Position numbers and translations under genes: made by a program. From an uncultured Parachlamydiaceae bacterium (GTDB lineage Bacteria > Chlamydiota > Chlamydiia > Chlamydiales > Parachlamydiaceae): a stretch of DNA of 64,000 nucleotides. The notes beneath the pieces were generated by a model, which saw only the letters and a program-made list of their open reading frames with translations, had not been told where the DNA came from and ran no database searches. Position 1 is the stretch's first letter, and every line of letters begins with the position of its first letter. Shown one piece after another: positions 60,791-64,000 of the stretch. The stretch spans positions 128,001 to 192,000 of the forward strand of contig CAVULX010000002.1 of NCBI GenBank assembly GCA_963742415.1. Direction: 5' to 3'.

Positions 60791-61756
60791 TTAACGCCGA
60801 ACTTCAACAACGTGTCGCATATCTTTAAAGTTCCCATGCAAATATTGCCGCAAGTTGTAGAGAAACAGCCGAAAAGCTAACCTTTCCGTTGACTTGGGGC
60901 GGGGGGAAATTTCCGGGGTAATAAGGAGATTCGGAATACCCCACAGGGAGGAAGATGTTGGGATTGGCGTTTGATGATAAGCATCAAACAAAATCCCCCG
61001 AAATTTGCCCGAAGCCGCAACCGATGCTAAAGCTTCCTCATTGATGTTGTGGATGGAACTGAGGAGAACGAGAATAGAATCTGGCTTCATCCTCTCAAAT
61101 TCCTCCTGATCAAACCAACGGTGGTGATCTTTTCCCCTTGTCAGACTAAGAGAGACGACGTCTGCCTCAGGCAAAATCCGATCCAAATCCTCCATAGAAA
61201 ATGTTTGATGGCAAAAGGGGTGAAATGATTGGCGCTGCACCCCCCAAACTTTCATCCCCATCTCCCGAGCCCGTCTGCAAATTTCCGTTCCCCCTTTCCC
61301 TAATCCAATTTGCAGTAAAACTTTATCTTTCAAGGTCCACATGGAATCCCGCCATTTACTATCCCAAACAGCCCCTGGAAATCGGTTTACATCTCTCCAT
61401 TCAAATAAGTTTTTTGCAAAAGCTAAAATCCCTCCCATCACAAACTCGCCGATTTGAAAAATGTTTTCATCGAGGGTATGACTCACAATGACATTCCCCT
61501 GCTTTTCAATTTCATCCATGCACAAACGGCTTAGATGTGGAATGGGGCAGTGGATCCAACGGAGTTGCGGAGCTATCGCCAGCTCCTCTTTGGTCAAACG
61601 AGCCCCATAAATAATTTCCAGACGGGACCAGTGCTCCCGGCTTAGAGTTTTATAGTTGGCTTCACTTAAAGATAAAAAGAGGAACTGGGGAAATTCTTTC
61701 AAAAGAACATCCACTTCTTGCAGGGAAATCGGGGCTTGTAATAGAGCGATATTCAT
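60791..61756 (-). CDS. D-2-hydroxyacid dehydrogenase-family protein (divergent)
   Basis: IGLGKGG, GMKVWG, LPEADVV, MKPDSIL, LW.IPNLLITP. Confidence 0.8.
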   Translation of the reverse strand: MNIALLQAPISLQEVDVLLKEFPQFLFLSLSEANYKTLSREHWSRLEIIYGARLTKEELAIAPQLRWIHCPIPHLSRLCMDEIEKQGNVIVSHTLDENIFQIGEFVMGGILAFAKNLFEWRDVNRFPGAVWDSKWRDSMWTLKDKVLLQIGLGKGGTEICRRAREMGMKVWGVQRQSFHPFCHQTFSMEDLDRILPEADVVSLSLTRGKDHHRWFDQEEFERMKPDSILVLLSSIHNINEEALASVAASGKFRGILFDAYHQTPIPTSSSLWGIPNLLITPEISPRPKSTERLAFRLFLYNLRQYLHGNFKDMRHVVEVRR

Positions 61757-61892
61757 CCGTTTTTAACTAAATTAGTCACCAACGCCCCATTTTCCTTTTT
61801 TTATCATTGATTTCAAACGTTAATTTCGATATGCTATCGCTATAACAAATTGACAATGACAGAATTCAGTCTGTTTTAGAGGGAGAATTAAA

Positions 61893-62237
61893 ATGTACGC
61901 TATAATCAAAACAGGTGGAAAGCAATACCGAGTCAAGACAGGTGATATCATTGATGTTGAGCTGTTAGACGGCGAACCAGGGGCTTCCATTCAATTCCAA
62001 GATATTCTTTTTATTCACGACGGTTCAAAAGCTCAAGTGGGCGGTCCTTCGTTGTCCAATTTCATTGTAACAGCGGAGATTCTCGGAGAATCCAAAGGGG
62101 AAAAAATCACCAGCATCAAATACATCCCCGGAAATCATTACAAGAAATTCGGCCATAGACAAAGACATTCCCGCATAAAAATTACCGGCATCGAGTCAAA
62201 AAAAGAGCACGCTAAAGGGGGAAAACATGGCGCATAA
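61893..62237 (+). CDS. rplU: 50S ribosomal protein L21
   Basis: [18 protein letters not shown]. Confidence 0.97.
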   Translation: MYAIIKTGGKQYRVKTGDIIDVELLDGEPGASIQFQDILFIHDGSKAQVGGPSLSNFIVTAEILGESKGEKITSIKYIPGNHYKKFGHRQRHSRIKITGIESKKEHAKGGKHGA

Positions 62238-62478
62238 GAAAGGGCAAGGATCCACAAGAAATGGACGAGATTCACACTCAAAGCGTCTTGGAGTCAAAGT
62301 AGGAGCAGGGGAAGTCGTTAAAGCCGGAAGCATTTTGATCCGGCAGAGAGGAACGAAATGGCACCCCGGAAAAAATGTTTCCCGCGGTAGAGATGATACC
62401 TTATTTGCTCTTGCTGACGGGATCGTTTCTTTCCGAAAATCTGATAAAACATACGTTTCCATCCTCACGAGCGTTTAG
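62227..62478 (+). CDS. rpmA: 50S ribosomal protein L27
   Basis: [21 protein letters not shown]. Confidence 0.97.
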   Translation: MAHKKGQGSTRNGRDSHSKRLGVKVGAGEVVKAGSILIRQRGTKWHPGKNVSRGRDDTLFALADGIVSFRKSDKTYVSILTSV

Positions 62479-62492
62479 ACCTACCATAAACA

Positions 62493-63521
62493 ATGTTTAT
62501 AGACAAAGTAAAATTAACCCTTGCCGCAGGCAAGGGTGGCAATGGCGTTGTTGCTTGGCGCAGAGAAAAGTATATCCCTAAAGGGGGGCCTTGCGGAGGA
62601 AATGGGGGCAAAGGGGGATCGATAGTCCTTCAAGCTGATGTGCAAGCTTTCTCTCTGGAGTGGTTTCGAAATCGGCGCACCCTCAAAGCCGAAAATGGAG
62701 CCAGCGGAGGATCCAATAACCGCCAGGGGCGCAATGGAAAGGATTTAATCCTTAAAGTCCCCTGCGGAACCCTTGTAAAAGATGTCCAAACTGGTGAAAT
62801 CTTGCATGATTTTACACAGGACAAAGAGCAATGGATAGCCTGTAAAGGGGGAAGGGGCGGCAGAGGAAACGACAGCTTCAAAAGCCCCACCAACCGTGCT
62901 CCCAATACTTGTACAGAAGGTACTGAAGGGGGGTCGTGCCAAGTTGAATTGGAGTTAAAACTCATTGCCGATGTTGGGCTTGTAGGATTCCCCAATGCGG
63001 GAAAATCAACCCTGATCTCATCCTTAGCTGATGTTAAAGTAAAAATCGCTCCTTATCCTTTTACGACCCTGCACCCTAATATCGGATTTATCGAATGCGA
63101 CGACTACACCCGCATCTACATTGCAGATATTCCAGGGATTATAGAAGGAGCTCACCATAACCGGGGATTGGGCTTTGAATTTTTACGTCATATTGAACGA
63201 ACCACGCTGCTGATCTTTATATTGGATGCGTCTTGTATCGATGGGAGGCATCCTATAGAGGATTACGAAGTGCTCCGGCGGGAGCTGCAGCTTTATAACC
63301 CCGAAATGCTTGAACGAGATTACATGATTGTTCTTAACAAAATTGATACGGAAGAAGCCGCCCAACCTGTTAAAGAATTCCGTAAGAAATTTGCAAAAGA
63401 AAAACAGCATATTTTCGAAGTTTCTGCTGCTCGAGGGGATCATCTAAATGAGCTTCTTGACGCCATCAAGATGCAAGTCAAAAAAACACACGAGAGGTCA
63501 TTCAAACCACTGAGCCAGTGA
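62493..63521 (+). CDS. obgE: GTPase ObgE/CgtA
   Basis: Gly-rich Obg fold, GFPNAGKST, YPFTT, DIPG, NKID. Confidence 0.97.
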   Translation: MFIDKVKLTLAAGKGGNGVVAWRREKYIPKGGPCGGNGGKGGSIVLQADVQAFSLEWFRNRRTLKAENGASGGSNNRQGRNGKDLILKVPCGTLVKDVQTGEILHDFTQDKEQWIACKGGRGGRGNDSFKSPTNRAPNTCTEGTEGGSCQVELELKLIADVGLVGFPNAGKSTLISSLADVKVKIAPYPFTTLHPNIGFIECDDYTRIYIADIPGIIEGAHHNRGLGFEFLRHIERTTLLIFILDASCIDGRHPIEDYEVLRRELQLYNPEMLERDYMIVLNKIDTEEAAQPVKEFRKKFAKEKQHIFEVSAARGDHLNELLDAIKMQVKKTHERSFKPLSQ

Positions 63522-63530
63522 GATCATGGT

Positions 63531-63735
63531 CTCCTAAGTAACTAAGCACAGAGAAGAAACAGGATAAGCAAGATCGTAAACGGCAGGATAAGCAAGATAT
63601 TGAATAAAGTGTAAGAATATGTGGATATGATTAAGTTAAGACTGTTCAAAAAAAATCGTTTTTTCTTTTATCCTGCTCATCCTGCCGTTTAAGATCTTGC
63701 TTATCCTGTTTCTTCTCTGTGCCTCCTAAGCAACT
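63531..63735 (+). mobile_element. About 205-bp MITE/REP-like element, copy B, nested in an outer inverted repeat (63499-63514/63737-63752)
   Basis: Reverse complement of 50699-50904 with few substitutions; bounded by direct repeats CTCCTAAG(T/C)AACT. Confidence 0.9.
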
Positions 63736-64000
63736 TCTCAGTGGTTTGAATGTCCTCGCTTTTGCAATCGTTCGACTTCTGCCGTTTACGATCATGGGCT
63801 GTATTCAGCAAGATAACTGGGCTGAATCCGCTTGCCATTCAAAGCATTCCAAAAACTTGTTAAAACAGAGCCATCAGGATTTAAAACTTCAATGCTATAA
63901 ATGGGCAAAAAAACTTCAGTTGTATTTTTGATCGAAAACTCGGGACCAAATGCGGCTGCGGTCACGCTTTCAATCTGAGACTGATTAAATTTAGCTTTTA

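Noticed and set aside
63719-63931. 70-aa ORF after obgE
   Set aside because: Starts inside the repeat element and has no recognisable motif.

Overview
64-kb window that looks like an environmental Chlamydiae (Parachlamydiales-like) chromosome, inferred from the rpmE-prfA-prmC-ffh-rpsP-trmD-rplS-rnhB gene order and DUF2608/DUF687-like proteins. Core genes lie at both ends (translation cluster 1-5.8 kb; asd, a two-component pair and rplU-rpmA-obgE at 56.7-63.5 kb), and a surface-glycan cluster sits at 6.8-15.4 kb. The main feature is a tRNA-Thr(CGT) integration hotspot holding a tandem array. Unit 1 is a 13.5-kb satellite/PICI-like island with tyrosine integrase, excisionase-like gene, primase-helicase, iteron origin and an exact 47-bp att duplication. 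Units 2 and 3 are small integrase-free cassettes with homologous left and right arms and arm-type heptamer doublets but different cargo (DarTG in one, a DUF3604 protein in the other). The last cassette ends in an hsdS-like fragment. A detoxification/efflux region follows (36-55 kb), and several families of long palindromic MITE/REP-like elements occur, two of them supplying the C-termini of asd and obgE. Frameshifts in essential genes (trmD, ffh) point to assembly indels, so pseudogene calls are provisional. All family assignments come from motif recognition by eye; no searches were run.
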